A stretch of 64,000 nucleotides of DNA from positions 248,001-312,000 of the forward strand of contig NW_026869095.1 in the NCBI RefSeq assembly GCF_020745735.1, written 5' to 3'. Origin of the DNA: Hemiscyllium ocellatum (Eukaryota). Under the pieces are notes generated by a model that was not told where the DNA came from, did not search any database, and was given only the letters and a program-made list of their open reading frames with translations. Position 1 is the stretch's first letter, and each line of letters starts with the position of its first letter. Both the position numbers and the translations under genes were made by a program. Of the stretch, positions 1 through 11,100 are shown one piece after another.

Positions 1-1288
1 TCTCTCTATAAGTGCTCAGGGTATTTAACTCAGTAATTACCCAGCAGCGGTCTCTCTCTATCAATGCAAAAGTTATTTAACTCAGTAATTGCCCAGCAAC
101 AGACTCCCTTTATAAGGACTCAGTGTATTCAATACAGCAAATACCCAGCAGCGGTCCCCCTTTATAGGTGCTCAGGGTATTTAATACGGTAATTACCCTG
201 CAGCAGTACCCCTTTATAAGTGCTGAGGATATTTAATACAGTAATTACCCAGCAGCGGTCCCCCTTCATAAGTGCTCAGGGTATTTAATTCAGTAATTAC
301 CCAGCAGCGGTCTCTCTGTATAAGTGCTCAGGGTATTTGATACAGTAATTACCCAGCAGTGGTCTCTCTCTATAAGTGCTAAGGGTATTTAATTCAGTAA
401 TTACCCAACAGCGATCTCTCTCAATAAGTGATCAGGGTATTTAATACAGTAATTACCCAACAGCGGTCTCTCTCAATAAGTGCTCAGGGTATTTAATTCA
501 GTAATTACCCAACAGCGGTCTCTCTCAATAAGTGATCAGGGTATTTAATACAGTAATTACCCAACAGCGGTCTCTCTCAATAAGTGCTCAGGGTATTTAA
601 TACAGTAATTACCCAGCAGCGGTCTTTCTCTCTCTATAAGTGCTCAGGGTGTTTAACTCAGTAATTACCCAGCAACAGACTCCCTTTATAAGGACTCAGT
701 GTATTCAATACAGCAAATACCCAGCAGCGGTCCCCCTTTATAAGTGCTCAGGGTATTTAATACGGTAATTACCCAGCAGCAGTACCCCTTTATAAGTGCT
801 GAGGATATTTAATACAGTAATTACCCAGCAGCGGTCTCTCTCTATAAGTGCTCAGGGCATTTAATTCAGTAATTACCCAGCAGTGGTCTCTCTCTTTTAG
901 TGCTCAGGGTATTTAATACAGTAATTACCCAGCAGCGGTCTCTCTCTATAAGTGCTCAGGGTATTTAATACAGTAATTACCCAGCAGCAGTCTCTCTCTA
1001 TAAGTGCTCAGGGTATTTAATTCAGTAATTACTCAGCAGTGGTCTCCCTTTATAAGAGCTCAGGGTATTTAATTCAGTAATTACCCTACAGCGGTCTCCC
1101 TTTATAAGTGTTCAGGGTATTTAATACAGTAATTACCCAGCAGCGGTCTCTCTGTATAAGTGCTCAGAGTATGTAATACAGTAATTACCCAGCAGTGGTC
1201 TCTCTCTATAAGTGCTCAGGGTATTTAATTCAGTAATTACCCAGCAGCGGTATCTCTCTATAAGTGCTCAGGGTATTTAATTTAGTAA
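1..1288 (+). repeat. 52-bp satellite array (runs off the left edge)
   Basis: Tandem unit ATAAGTGCTCAGGGTATTTAATACAGTAATTACCCAGCAGCGGTCTCTCTCT, period 52 bp. Confidence 0.97.
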
Positions 1289-1668
1289 CACCAACAATAA
1301 CTCCCTCCTTTAAGAAGTGTATTTTCTTTCTATGATGCGAGGTTTTAAGGCAGTGTTGAAGAGCAGGTACCAGAACCACGTTTGAGATTTTTAAAGAATG
1401 GGTTGTAACAACAGATGCAGCCTGGCTGGGTGTGGTGAAATTCCCATTGGATCAAGGATTTTTAGATTTGGCTTTTGAGGTCTTGAAGAGGTAGAAGACA
1501 TTGTTTTCCCCTCTCTCTCGCTCTCTTTCTCTCAAATGCAGCTGAAACCTATTTTCCACATTAACCTGTTAATGGGATCTTACTACATCGGAAACAGTAC
1601 AGCTCCGATGGGCCAAAGAGCCTTCTCTGTGCTTTAGATCTCCACCTTTCTACTGCATTGAGGAAGAC

Positions 1669-1850
1669 AGACTACTGCTGGCTGTTGTTGAATTGACTAT
1701 CCAGAGCACTTATAAGGAAGGACTGCTGCTTGGGGGTTAATTGTTAAATTGAATATCTCGAGTACTTAGAACAGTTCCCTAGCAGCAGCCTCTCTTTATG
1801 TGAACTATTTAAAGCATTTACAAAGAGAGATTGTTGCTGTGGGATTGTCG
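1669..1850 (-). repeat. Diverged, mostly reverse-oriented monomers of the 52-bp satellite
   Basis: AGACTACTGCTGGCTGTTGTTGAATTGACTATCCAGAGCACTTATAA aligns by eye to the reverse complement AGACCGCTGCTGGGTAATTACTGAATTAAATACCCTGAGCACTTATAA. Confidence 0.7.
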
Positions 1851-2294
1851 CATTGTTAAGTCACAGCGATGACCCATTCTGTTAATAAACCAAGCAGCCA
1901 GAAAAGCCGACCTTGCCTTGTAATTGTAAAAGTTGTGAGTGATAGAGAACTCCCCAAATTCTACTATTTGAAGAAAATATCAATTTAATTCCTTAACTCG
2001 AAAAGTGAACATTAAGCAACAACTATTCAGACCTCTAAGCCGCCCCCCCGCCTTTCTCTGAACTGCTCTATAACAATATGCTGTTCCAGTAAAAGACTTA
2101 TTAAAATTACATCGACTTAATTTCAAAACCACTCAGCTGCTGTTGTCTTTGCTGTTTATCTTCTCCTGCCTGAAGATCCTCTTCCTACTTTTTACTGCAA
2201 ATATATGAAAAGATGCCTTTGAGAGAGAGGGTTTCCTAATTTCCTGGGTCTCTCTATCTCTCTCTCTCTCTCTCGGAGGCCATGACTTGGAGAC

Positions 2295-3100
2295 GCCGGT
2301 GTTGGACTGGGGTGTACAAAGTTAAAAATCACACAACACCAGGTTATAGTCCAACAGGTTTAATTGGAAGCACTAGCTTTCGGAGCGCTGCCCCTTCATC
2401 AGGTGGTTGAGGAATACACGATTGTAAGACACAGAATTTATAGCAAAAATGTACAGTGTGATGGAGCTGAAATTATACATTGAAAAATATCTTGGTTGTT
2501 TGTTAAGTCTGTCATCTGTTAGAATGACCATGTTAGTTTCACTTCTTTCATGTGTAATTCACAAAACTTTTTTTAAAAGTTACATTCTCAGGTTCACTTT
2601 AACAATTGGTGATAGTCCAGATAATGTGTTGAAGGTGTTAGCTCCACTGTGTGCTGTTGTCTGTGCTGTAATGTCTAGACTGATTCTAATCTAAAAAGTG
2701 AGTTAACAGAGACTTACATGGATTCGTGCAGGTTTTGAGCAAAGTATAATGTAACTCAGCAAGGACAAATTCACCCCACACCAACGTATATGTGTATGTG
2801 TGAATGTGTGAGTGTGAATGTCTGGGTGTGTGTGTGGGTGAGTGTGAGTATGGGTGTGTGGGTGTGTTTGTGTGAGTGTGAGTGTTTGTGTGTGGATGTG
2901 TGTGTGGGTGCATGTATGAGTGTGTGGGTGTGTGAGAGTGTGGGTGTGAGCGTGTGTGCCTAAGGTGCAGGGTTGTGAGTGTCTGTGAGGGAGAGTGTAT
3001 ATGTGTGTGTGTGTGTGAGAGAGAGAGAGTGTAAAGGGGTCTAAGTCTGTGGGAGGGTGCATGTGTGAGTGTGTGTGTCTGTAGGAGTGTGTATGTGTGT
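2295..3100 (-). mobile_element. Penelope-like element terminal region (boundaries approximate)
   Basis: Contains a minimal hammerhead motif typical of Penelope pseudo-LTRs, followed by a TG-rich expansion. Confidence 0.6.
2371..2405 (-). ncRNA. Minimal type I hammerhead ribozyme motif
   Basis: Minus strand CAC-CTGATGA-A-GGGGC-AGC-GCTCC-GAAA-GC-TA-GTG: core boxes, 5-bp stem II, 3-bp stem I, palindromic AGCT in stem III. Confidence 0.75.
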
Positions 3101-4045
3101 TTGTGTGTGTGTGTGGCTGTGAGTGTGTTTGTGTGAGTGTATGGGTGTGTATGTGTGTCCGTGTGTGTGTGAGTGTCTGAGTGGGTGTGAGTGTGTGGGT
3201 GTGTGTGGTTGTGTGTGTGTCTGTGTAGATGTGTGTGTGTCTGTGAGTGTCTGTGTGGTTGTGTGTGTGTCTGTGTAGATGTGTGTGTGTGTCTGTCTGT
3301 GTAGATGTGTGTGTGTGTGTCTGTGTGTCTGTGTAGATGTGTGTGTGTGTCTGTGTAGATGTGTGTGTGTGTGTCTGTGTAGATGTGTGAGTGTGTGTGT
3401 GGATGTGTGTGTGTGTGTCTGTGTAGATGTGTGAGTGTGTGTGAGTGTCTGTGTGGTTATGTGTGTGTCTGTGTAGATGTGTGTGGATGTGTGTGTGAGT
3501 GTCTGTGTGGTTGTGTGTGTGTCTGTGTAGATGTGTGTGTGTGTCTGTGTANNNNNNNNNNNNNNNNNNNNNNNNNNNNNNNNNNNNNNNNNNNNNNNNN
3601 NNNNNNNNNNNNNNNNNNNNNNNNNNNNNNNNNNNNNNNNNNNNNNNNNNNNNNNNNNNNNNNNNNNNNNNNNNNNNNNNNNNNNNNNNNNNNNNNNNNN
3701 NNNNNNNNNNNNNNNNNNNNNNNTGTCTGTGTAGATGTGTGAGTGTCTGTGTGGTTGTGTGTGNNNNNNNNNNNNNNNNNNNNNNNNNNNNNNNNNNNNN
3801 NNNNNNNNNNNNNNNNNNNNNNNNNNNNNNNNNNNNNNNNNNNNNNNNNNNNNNNNNNNNNNNNNNNNNNNNNNNNNNNNNNNNNNNNNNNNNNNNNNNN
3901 NNNNNNNNNNNNNNNNNNNNNNNNNNNNNNNNNNNNNNNNNNNNNNNNNNNNNNNNNNNNNNNNNNNNNNNNNNNNNNNNNNNNNNNNNNNNNNNNNNNN
4001 NNNNNNNNNNNNNNNNNNNNNNNNNNNNNNNNGTGTGTGGATGTC
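2785..4045. repeat. (TG)n-rich compound microsatellite with N-runs
   Basis: Direct inspection. Confidence 0.95.
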
Positions 4046-4289
4046 TGGGGCGGGGTTTCTCTCCATAGCAATTGCTCTGTCGCCAATTTTCAAAATGTCT
4101 TACTTTTTTATATCCCCAACATTGGATCGTGTCATTTGTTCAAGGTTGGCAAAACAATAAATTCAAACTCATTGGGTTTTAGTATCCTGGGGCATAATTT
4201 AAACTGGTTGGTTAAATTCAAATTGTTGTCAAAACAGCAACCAGAACTCAGGTCTCCATTTCATAGCCAAGTGCCCATTTAAAGTTGGT

Positions 4290-4791
4290 GAGTATACTAC
4301 TGTTGCAGACGGTGCGTTCCACGCCCCCTCCTACTCTCTGAGTAAAGAAACTCCCTCTGCCATCTGTCCGATATCTATCACCCCCTCAGTTTATAGCTGT
4401 GTTCCCTCATGCAAGCCATCACCATCCGAGGGAAAAGGCTGTCACTGTCCACCCTATCTAACCCTCGGATTATCTTCCATGTCTCTAGGGGTAGGGCATA
4501 TAGGGCGTAGGTTTAGGGTGAGAGGAGAAAGATATAAAAGAGACCTAAGGGGCAACTTTTTCACGCAGATGGTGGTACGTGTATAGAATGAGCTGCCAGA
4601 GGAAGTGGTGGAGGTTGGTACAATTGTAACATTTAAGAGGCATTTGGAGGGGTATATGAATAGGAAGGGTTTGGAGGGAGATGGGCCGGGTTCTGGCAGG
4701 TGGGACGAGATTGGGTTGGGATATCTGGGTCGGTATGAACGGGTTGGACCGAAGGGTCTGTTTCTGTGCTGTACATCTCTATGACTCTATG
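4290..4791. mobile_element. CR1 LINE 3' fragments (about 4290-4485 minus, 4486-4791 plus)
   Basis: CR1-type 3' sequence (AGGGGCAACTTTTTCACGCAG; GAATGAGCTGCCAGAGG) ending in a CTCTATGA tail. Confidence 0.8.
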
Positions 4792-4976
4792 ATTTACAAA
4801 GAGAGGTTGTTGCTGGGGGATGGTTAAATTGACCATCTCGAGTACCTATAAAGAGGGAGGTGGGGGTGAGGGTGTTAAGTTGGCCATCTGGAGACTTCCG
4901 AGCATCCAGAGGAGAGGTCCTGGTGGGAGCGGCCGAGTCAAATTGTCACACAAGACGGGTCCACCGATCCAGAGAG

Positions 4977-6059
4977 CTACAGGCCTGAGGTCTTTGTCTT
5001 CTCGTTGACCGTCGGTAGTGTGGGCTTGGGCTGAGTGGAGTCCAGGGAGCTTTCCTCCTCGAAGGCGCCCTCCAGCAGCCCCCTCAGGCCTCTGCGGAGC
5101 TGCCCACGGCCCTGGCGCCCGGCGAAGGCGTACAGGAAGGGGTTGAGGCAGCTGTTGAGGTAGGCCAGGCTGGTGGTGGCGGGGTCGACCGTCCGGGCCC
5201 AGTGCTGGAGCCGCCAGTCGCCGGACAGGAGGAGCAGGCCCACCACATGGTAGGGGGTCCAGCACAGGAAGAAACCCAGCAGCACCACCAGCAGGAGGCG
5301 GCAGGGCCTCCGGCTCTGAGGCTGGGAGAAGCGGGAGGCCCAGAGGCTGTGGGCGATGAGGCCGTTGCTGGCGGCGATGACCACCAGGGGGAGCAGGAAG
5401 GCGAAGACGAAGCGGGTCAGGCTGACGGCGCGCTGCCTAGGCCCCAGCTCCTCCCCGTAGTCGGCGACGCACCGGACGGGGAACCCGGCAGCGAACTGCA
5501 CCGTCCTCCGGTACAGGAGGCTGGGGAGGGACATCAGCAGGGCCAGGCCCCAGGCTGAGGCGCAGGAGAGCCGGGCCCGGCCCAGAGAGCGCTGCCTGCG
5601 GAACCAGAGAGGCAGCAGCGCCGCCAGGCAGCGGTCCACCGAGATGCCGGTCAGTACGAAGACGCTGGCGTACATGCTGAGCACGGTGAGCCAGGGCAGC
5701 AGCTTGCAGAGGAAGGGGCCGAAGGGCCACTGGTAGTCCACGGCCAACTGGGTGAGCAGGAAGGGCAGGGTGAGGCACAGCAGGAGGTCGGCCACCGCGA
5801 GGTTGAGGAACCAGACGGTGACTGGGCGCCTGGCCATCAGGAAACCCACGATCCACAACACGGCGATGTTGCCGGGGACGCCCAGGGCAAAGATGGCAGC
5901 GTAGGCCACCATGGACACGACGGTGAGGGACTTCCTGATGGGCTCGGTGTGGTTCAACAGCGCCTCCTCCTGGTGGTCACGGTAGTCCTCTTCCTCCTCC
6001 TTCCCCCAGTCCTCGTCCCAAAGGCTCCAGTTGCCCAGCAGAGTGCCATTGACGTCCAT
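4977..6059 (-). CDS. Anaphylatoxin chemotactic receptor-like class A GPCR (C5aR1/C3aR family), copy 1, 360 aa
   Basis: 7TM with GVPGN, WFLNLAVAD, WPFG, MYASVF, DRC, CWTPYH, NSCLNPFLY; acidic N-terminus with Tyr (EEEEDY); short ECL2; ATG at 6059 three nt after acceptor TTTGTCTCCTTTCAG; DHX34 nearby as at human C5AR1/C5AR2. Confidence 0.92.
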   Translation of the reverse strand: MDVNGTLLGNWSLWDEDWGKEEEEDYRDHQEEALLNHTEPIRKSLTVVSMVAYAAIFALGVPGNIAVLWIVGFLMARRPVTVWFLNLAVADLLLCLTLPFLLTQLAVDYQWPFGPFLCKLLPWLTVLSMYASVFVLTGISVDRCLAALLPLWFRRQRSLGRARLSCASAWGLALLMSLPSLLYRRTVQFAAGFPVRCVADYGEELGPRQRAVSLTRFVFAFLLPLVVIAASNGLIAHSLWASRFSQPQSRRPCRLLLVVLLGFFLCWTPYHVVGLLLLSGDWRLQHWARTVDPATTSLAYLNSCLNPFLYAFAGRQGRGQLRRGLRGLLEGAFEEESSLDSTQPKPTLPTVNEKTKTSGL

Positions 6060-6109
6060 CACCTGAAAGGAGACAAACTGGGCAGGGTTCAACCAATCAG
6101 CTGGCACCC

Positions 6110-7330
6110 CGCAGCGCTGACCCTCCCACAGCACCCACTCCCTCAGCGCTGACCCTCCCACAGCGCCCACTCCCTCAGCACTGACCCTCCCACAGCACCC
6201 ACTCCCTCAGCACTGACCCTCTCACAGCGCCCACTCCCTCAGCGCTGACCCTCCCACAGCACCCACTCCCTCAGCACTGACCCTCTCACAGCGCCCGCTC
6301 CCTCAGCACTGACCCTCCCACCCCACCCGCTCCCTCAGCACTGACCCTCCCACAGCACCCACTCCCTCAGCACTGACCCTCCCACAGCACCCACTCCCTC
6401 AGCACTGACCCTCCCACAGCGCCCGCTCCCTCAGCACTGACCCTCCCTCAGCACTGACCCTCCCACAGCACCCACTCCCTCAGCACTGACCCTCCCACAG
6501 CACCCGCTCCCTCAGCGCTGACCCTCCCACAGCGCCCACTCCCTCAGCACTGACCCTCCCTCAGCGCCCACTCCCTCAGCACTGACCCTCCCACAGCGCT
6601 CACTCCCTCAGCACTGACCCTCCCACAGCACCCACTCCCTCAGCACTGACCCTCCCACAGCACCCACTCCCTCAGCACTGACCCTCTCACAGCACCCACT
6701 CCCTCAGCACTGACCCTCCCACAGCACCCACTCCCTCAGCACTGACACTCCCACAGCGCCCACTCCCTCAGCACTGACCCTCCCACAGCACTGACCCTCC
6801 CACAGCACCCGCCCCCTCAGCACTGACCCTCCCACAGCACCCACTCCCTCAGCACTGACCCTCCCACAGTGCCCACTCCCTCAGCACTGACCCTCCCACA
6901 GCAATGACCCTCCCACAGTGCCCACTCCCTCAGCACTGACCCTCCCACAGCACTGACCCTCCCACAGCACCCGCTCCGTCGGCACTGACCCTCCCATAGT
7001 GCCCACTCCCTCAGCACTGACCCTCCCACAGCACCAGCTCCCTCAGCACTGACCCTCCCACAGTGCACACTCCCTCAGCACTGACCCTCCCACAGTGCAC
7101 ACTCCCTCAGCGCTGACCCTCCCGCAGCACCCACTCCCTCAGCACTGACCCTCCCGCAGCACCCGCACCCTCAGCACTGACCCTTCCACAGCACCCACTC
7201 CCTCAGCGCTGACCCTCACTCAGCACCGGCTCCCTCAGCACTGACCCTCCCACAGTGCACACTCCCTCAGCGCTGACCCTCCCACAGCACCCACTCCCTC
7301 AGCACTGACCCTCCCACAGCGCCCGCCCCC
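6110..7330. repeat. 32-bp minisatellite (CCCTCAGCACTGACCCTCCCACAGCACCCACT) in the presumed GPCR intron
   Basis: About 38 tandem units, C-rich on plus. Confidence 0.95.
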
Positions 7331-7646
7331 TCCACTATCTCTCTGTCCTACCTGACCCACGGGACGGAAGAAAGGGTGTCACTCTCAGCCAGGCCTGTGT
7401 GGGAATTTGGTTTGTCTTTGGGATCTTGCTGTTCCTCCCTCTCCCTCCGTTCGCAATGCTCCCCGTCGTCCGGAGTGATGACCTTAAACACTCTCTTCCC
7501 CTTCCCCACACCCCTCCCTTTCCTGTGCAAGGCCTCGGCTCCCTTTGGTCACTCTCACACCTCGCGCGCCCCCAATCCCCCACCCCCACTGCTCCCCTCG
7601 TTGTGAGGCCACTGGGGTGGGCCTGTGAGTCCTGGGGCAGGGGCGC

Positions 7647-7765
7647 ACTCACTGGAACGTCAATCCGCGTCCTCCCCAGGACTCAGGCATCAGGAGGAAA
7701 TGAATCACAGAGCCCTTGGGAGGCTGTGTCATGACTGACAATTGCAACAGTTTCCTGAACTAAAA
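7647..7765 (-). promoter_or_regulatory. Candidate upstream exon 1, splice donor and proximal promoter of GPCR copy 1
   Basis: Minus-strand CA|GTGAGT donor at 7652; nearby GAGGAAATGAA (ETS/PU.1-like) and ATTGCAAC (C/EBP-like); this receptor family usually has a small first exon. Confidence 0.45.
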
Positions 7766-8107
7766 AGCTGTCGCAGACAGAAAAGCAAATGTGAACGACA
7801 GAGGATACTCTGAGGGGAGACGCCGAACCACGAGAGGGATCCACCTTTTAGAGTAGGCCCCGCCGGGCCTAGTGTCTCTCCCTGAGGCCTGTGGCCCAGG
7901 AGTTAGCCTCTTGCCTGTTCGGAAGGTTGAGGCCTCGCCTCAGTGACCAACTCAAGGGCTTCCGTTGCATCTCAATTGGGATGTCATTGCCCCCTGGGGT
8001 AAGAGTTCAGGAAAGGACCGGTCAAGAGAGCGGCCTCCGCCGTTGCTAACGAACATCCACACCGAGCGGAGAATGGGCTCGGCGCACAGACACACCCAGG
8101 ATCGCAC

Positions 8108-11100
8108 TCTCTATAAGTGCTCAGGGTATTTAATACAGTAATTTCCCAATAGCGGTCTCTCTGTATCCATGCTCAGGGTATTTAATTCAGTAATTACCCA
8201 GCAGCGGTCTCTCTCTATGAGTGCTAAGTGTATTTAATTCATTAATTACCCAGCAGCGGTCTCTCTCTATAAGTTCTTAGGGTATTTAATACAGTAATTA
8301 CCCAGCAGCGGTCTCTCTCTATTTGTGCTCAGGGTATTTAATTCAGTTATTACCCAGCAGCGGTCTCTATAAGTGCTCAGGTTATTTAATTCAGTAGTTA
8401 CCCAGCATCAGTCTCCCTCTATAAGTGCTCAGGGTATTTAATTACAGGAATTACCCAGCAGCCTCTCTCTCTATTTGTGCTCAGGGTATTTAATTCAGTT
8501 ATTACCCAACAGCGGTCTCTCTCTATAAGTGCTCAGGATATTTAATTACAGTAATTACCCAGCAGCCTCTGTCTCTATTAGTGCTCAGGGTATTTAATTC
8601 AGTTATTACCCAGCAGCGGTCTCACTCTATAAGTGCTCAGGGTATTTAACTCAGTAATTACCCAGCAGCGGTCTCCCTTTATAAGTGCTCAGGGTATTTT
8701 ACTCAGTAATTACCCAGCAGCAGTTTCTCTATATAAGTGCTCAGGGTATTGAATACAGTAATTACACAGCAGCGGTCTCTCTATGTGTGCTCAATGTATT
8801 TATCACAGTAATTACCCAGCAGCGGTCTGCCGTTATAAGTGCTCAGGGTATTTAACTCAGTAAGTACGCAGCAGCAGTCTCACTTTGTAAGTGCTCAGGG
8901 TATTTAATACAGTAATTACCTAGCAGCGGTCTCTCACTATAAGTGCTCAAGGTATTTAATTCAGTAATTACCCACTAGCTGTCTCTCTCTATGAGTGCTC
9001 AGGGTATTTAATACAGTAATTACCCAGCAGCGGTCTCTGTCTATAAGTGCTCAGGGTATTTAATTCATTAATTACCCAGCAGCGGTCTCACTCTATATGT
9101 GCTCAGGGTATTTATTTCAGTAATTAACCAGCAGCGGACTCCCATTATAAGTGCTCAGGGTATTTAATACAGTATTTACCCAGCAGCTGTCTCTCTCTGT
9201 AAGTGCTCAGGGTATCTCATACAGTAATTACCCAGCAGCAGTCTCTCTCTATAAGTGTTCAGGGTATTTAACTCAGTAATTACCAAGCAGCGGTCTCTCT
9301 CTATTAGCACTCAGGGTATTTAATTCAGTAATTACCCAGCAGCGGTCTCACTCTATAAGTGCTCAGGGTATTTAACTCAGTAATTACTCAGCAGCAGGCT
9401 CCCTTTAGAAGTGCTCAGGTATTTACCTCAGAAATTACCCAGCAGCAGTCTCTCTCTATTTGTGCTCAGGGTATTTAATTCAGTAATTACCCAGCAGCGG
9501 TCTCTCTCTATGAGTGCTAAGTGTATTTAATTCATTAATTACCCAGCAGCGGTCTCTCTCTATAAGTTCTTAGGGTATTTAATACAGTAATTACCCAGCA
9601 GCGGTCTCTCTCTATTTGTGCTCAGGGTATTTAATTCAGTTATTACCCAGCAGCGGTCTCTATAAGTGCTCAGGTTATTTAATTCAGTAGTTACCCAGCA
9701 TCAGTCTCCCTCTATAAGTGCTCAGGGTATTTAATTACAGGAATTACCCAGCAGCCTCTCTCTCTATTTGTGCTCAGGGTATTTAATTCAGTTATTACCC
9801 AACAGCGGTCTCTCTCTATAAGTGCTCAGGGTATTTAATTACAGTAATTACCCAGCAGCCTCTGTCTCTATTAGTGCTCAGGGTATTTAATTCAGTTATT
9901 ACCCAGCAGCGGTCTCACTCTATAAGTGCTCAGGGTATTTAACTCAGTAATTACCCAGCAGCGGTCTCCCTTTATAAGTGCTCAGGGTATTTTACTCAGT
10001 AATTACCCAGCAGCAGTTTCTCTATATAAGTGCTCAGGGTATTGAATACAGTAATTACACAGCAGCGGTCTCTCTATGTGTGCTCAATGTATTTATCTCA
10101 GTAATTACCCACCAGCGGTCTACCGTTATAAGTGCTCAGGGTATTTAACTCAGTAAGTACGCAGCAGCAGTCTCACTTTGTAAGTGCTCAGGGTATTTAA
10201 TACAGTAATTACCTAGCAGCGGTCTCTCACTATAAGTGCTCAAGGTATTTAATTCAGTAATTACCCACTAGCTGTCTCTCTCTATGAGTGCTCAGGGTAT
10301 TTAATACAGTAATTACCCAGCAGCGGTCTCTGTCTATAAGTGCTCAGGGTATTTAATTCATTAATTACCCAGCAGCGGTCTCACTCTATATGTGCTCAGG
10401 GTATTTATTTCAGTAATTAACCAGCAGCGGACTCCCATTATAAGTGCTCAGGGTATTTAATACAGTATTTACCCAGCAGCTGTCTCTCTCTGTAAGTGCT
10501 CAGGGTATCTCATACAGTAATTACCCAGCAGCAGTCTCTCTCTATAAGTGTTCAGGGTATTTAACTCAGTAATTACCAAGCAGCGGTCTCTCTCTATTAG
10601 CACTCAGGGTATTTAATTCAGTAATTACCCAGCAGCGGTCTCACTCTATAAGTGCTCAGGGTATTTAACTCAGTAATTACTCAGCAGCAGGCTCCCTTTA
10701 GAAGTGCTCAGGTATTTACCTCAGAAATTACCCAGCAGCAGTCTCTCTCTATCAGTGCTCAGGGTATTTAATACAGTAATTACCCAGCAGCAGTCTCTCT
10801 CTATAGGTGTTCAGGGTATTTAATACAGTAATTACCCAGCAGCGGTCTCTCTCCATAAGTGCTCAGGGTATTTAATACAGTAATTACCCAGCAGCGGTCT
10901 CTCTCTATAAGTGCTCAGGGTATTTAATACAGTAATTACCCAGCAGCGGTCTCCCTTTATTTGTGCTCAGGATATTTAATTCAGTAATTACCCAGCAGCA
11001 GTCTCTCCCTCTGAGTTCTCAGGGAATTTAATTCAGTAATTACCCAGCAGTGATCTCTCTCTATAAGTGTTACGGGTATTTAATTCATTAATTACCCAGC

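Larger units (their letters stand above)
1..8107 (+). repeat. Segmental duplication copy 1 (matches 41263-49373; left boundary outside window)
   Basis: Near-identical sequence and ORFs at offset 41262-41266 (ORF 2449 vs 43711; GPCR 4977 vs 46241); ends at ...GGATCGCAC 8107, fused to satellite. Confidence 0.97.

Noticed and set aside
2686-4282. His/Thr- and Cys/Val-rich ORFs (also 43948-45546)
   Set aside because: Translations of (TG)n/(CA)n microsatellite and N-runs
5202-5856. Overlapping alternative-frame and antisense ORFs in the GPCR
   Set aside because: Expected by-product of very GC-rich codon usage; no recognisable domain
6060-6170. 37-aa N-terminal extension of the GPCR ORF (GTG start at 6170 and 47434)
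   Set aside because: Starts inside the minisatellite and crosses a strong splice acceptor; the ATG at 6059 fits family length
6860-7260. CACAGTG RSS heptamers in minisatellite variants
   Set aside because: No ACAAAAACC nonamer at 12 or 23 bp and no V/D/J segments
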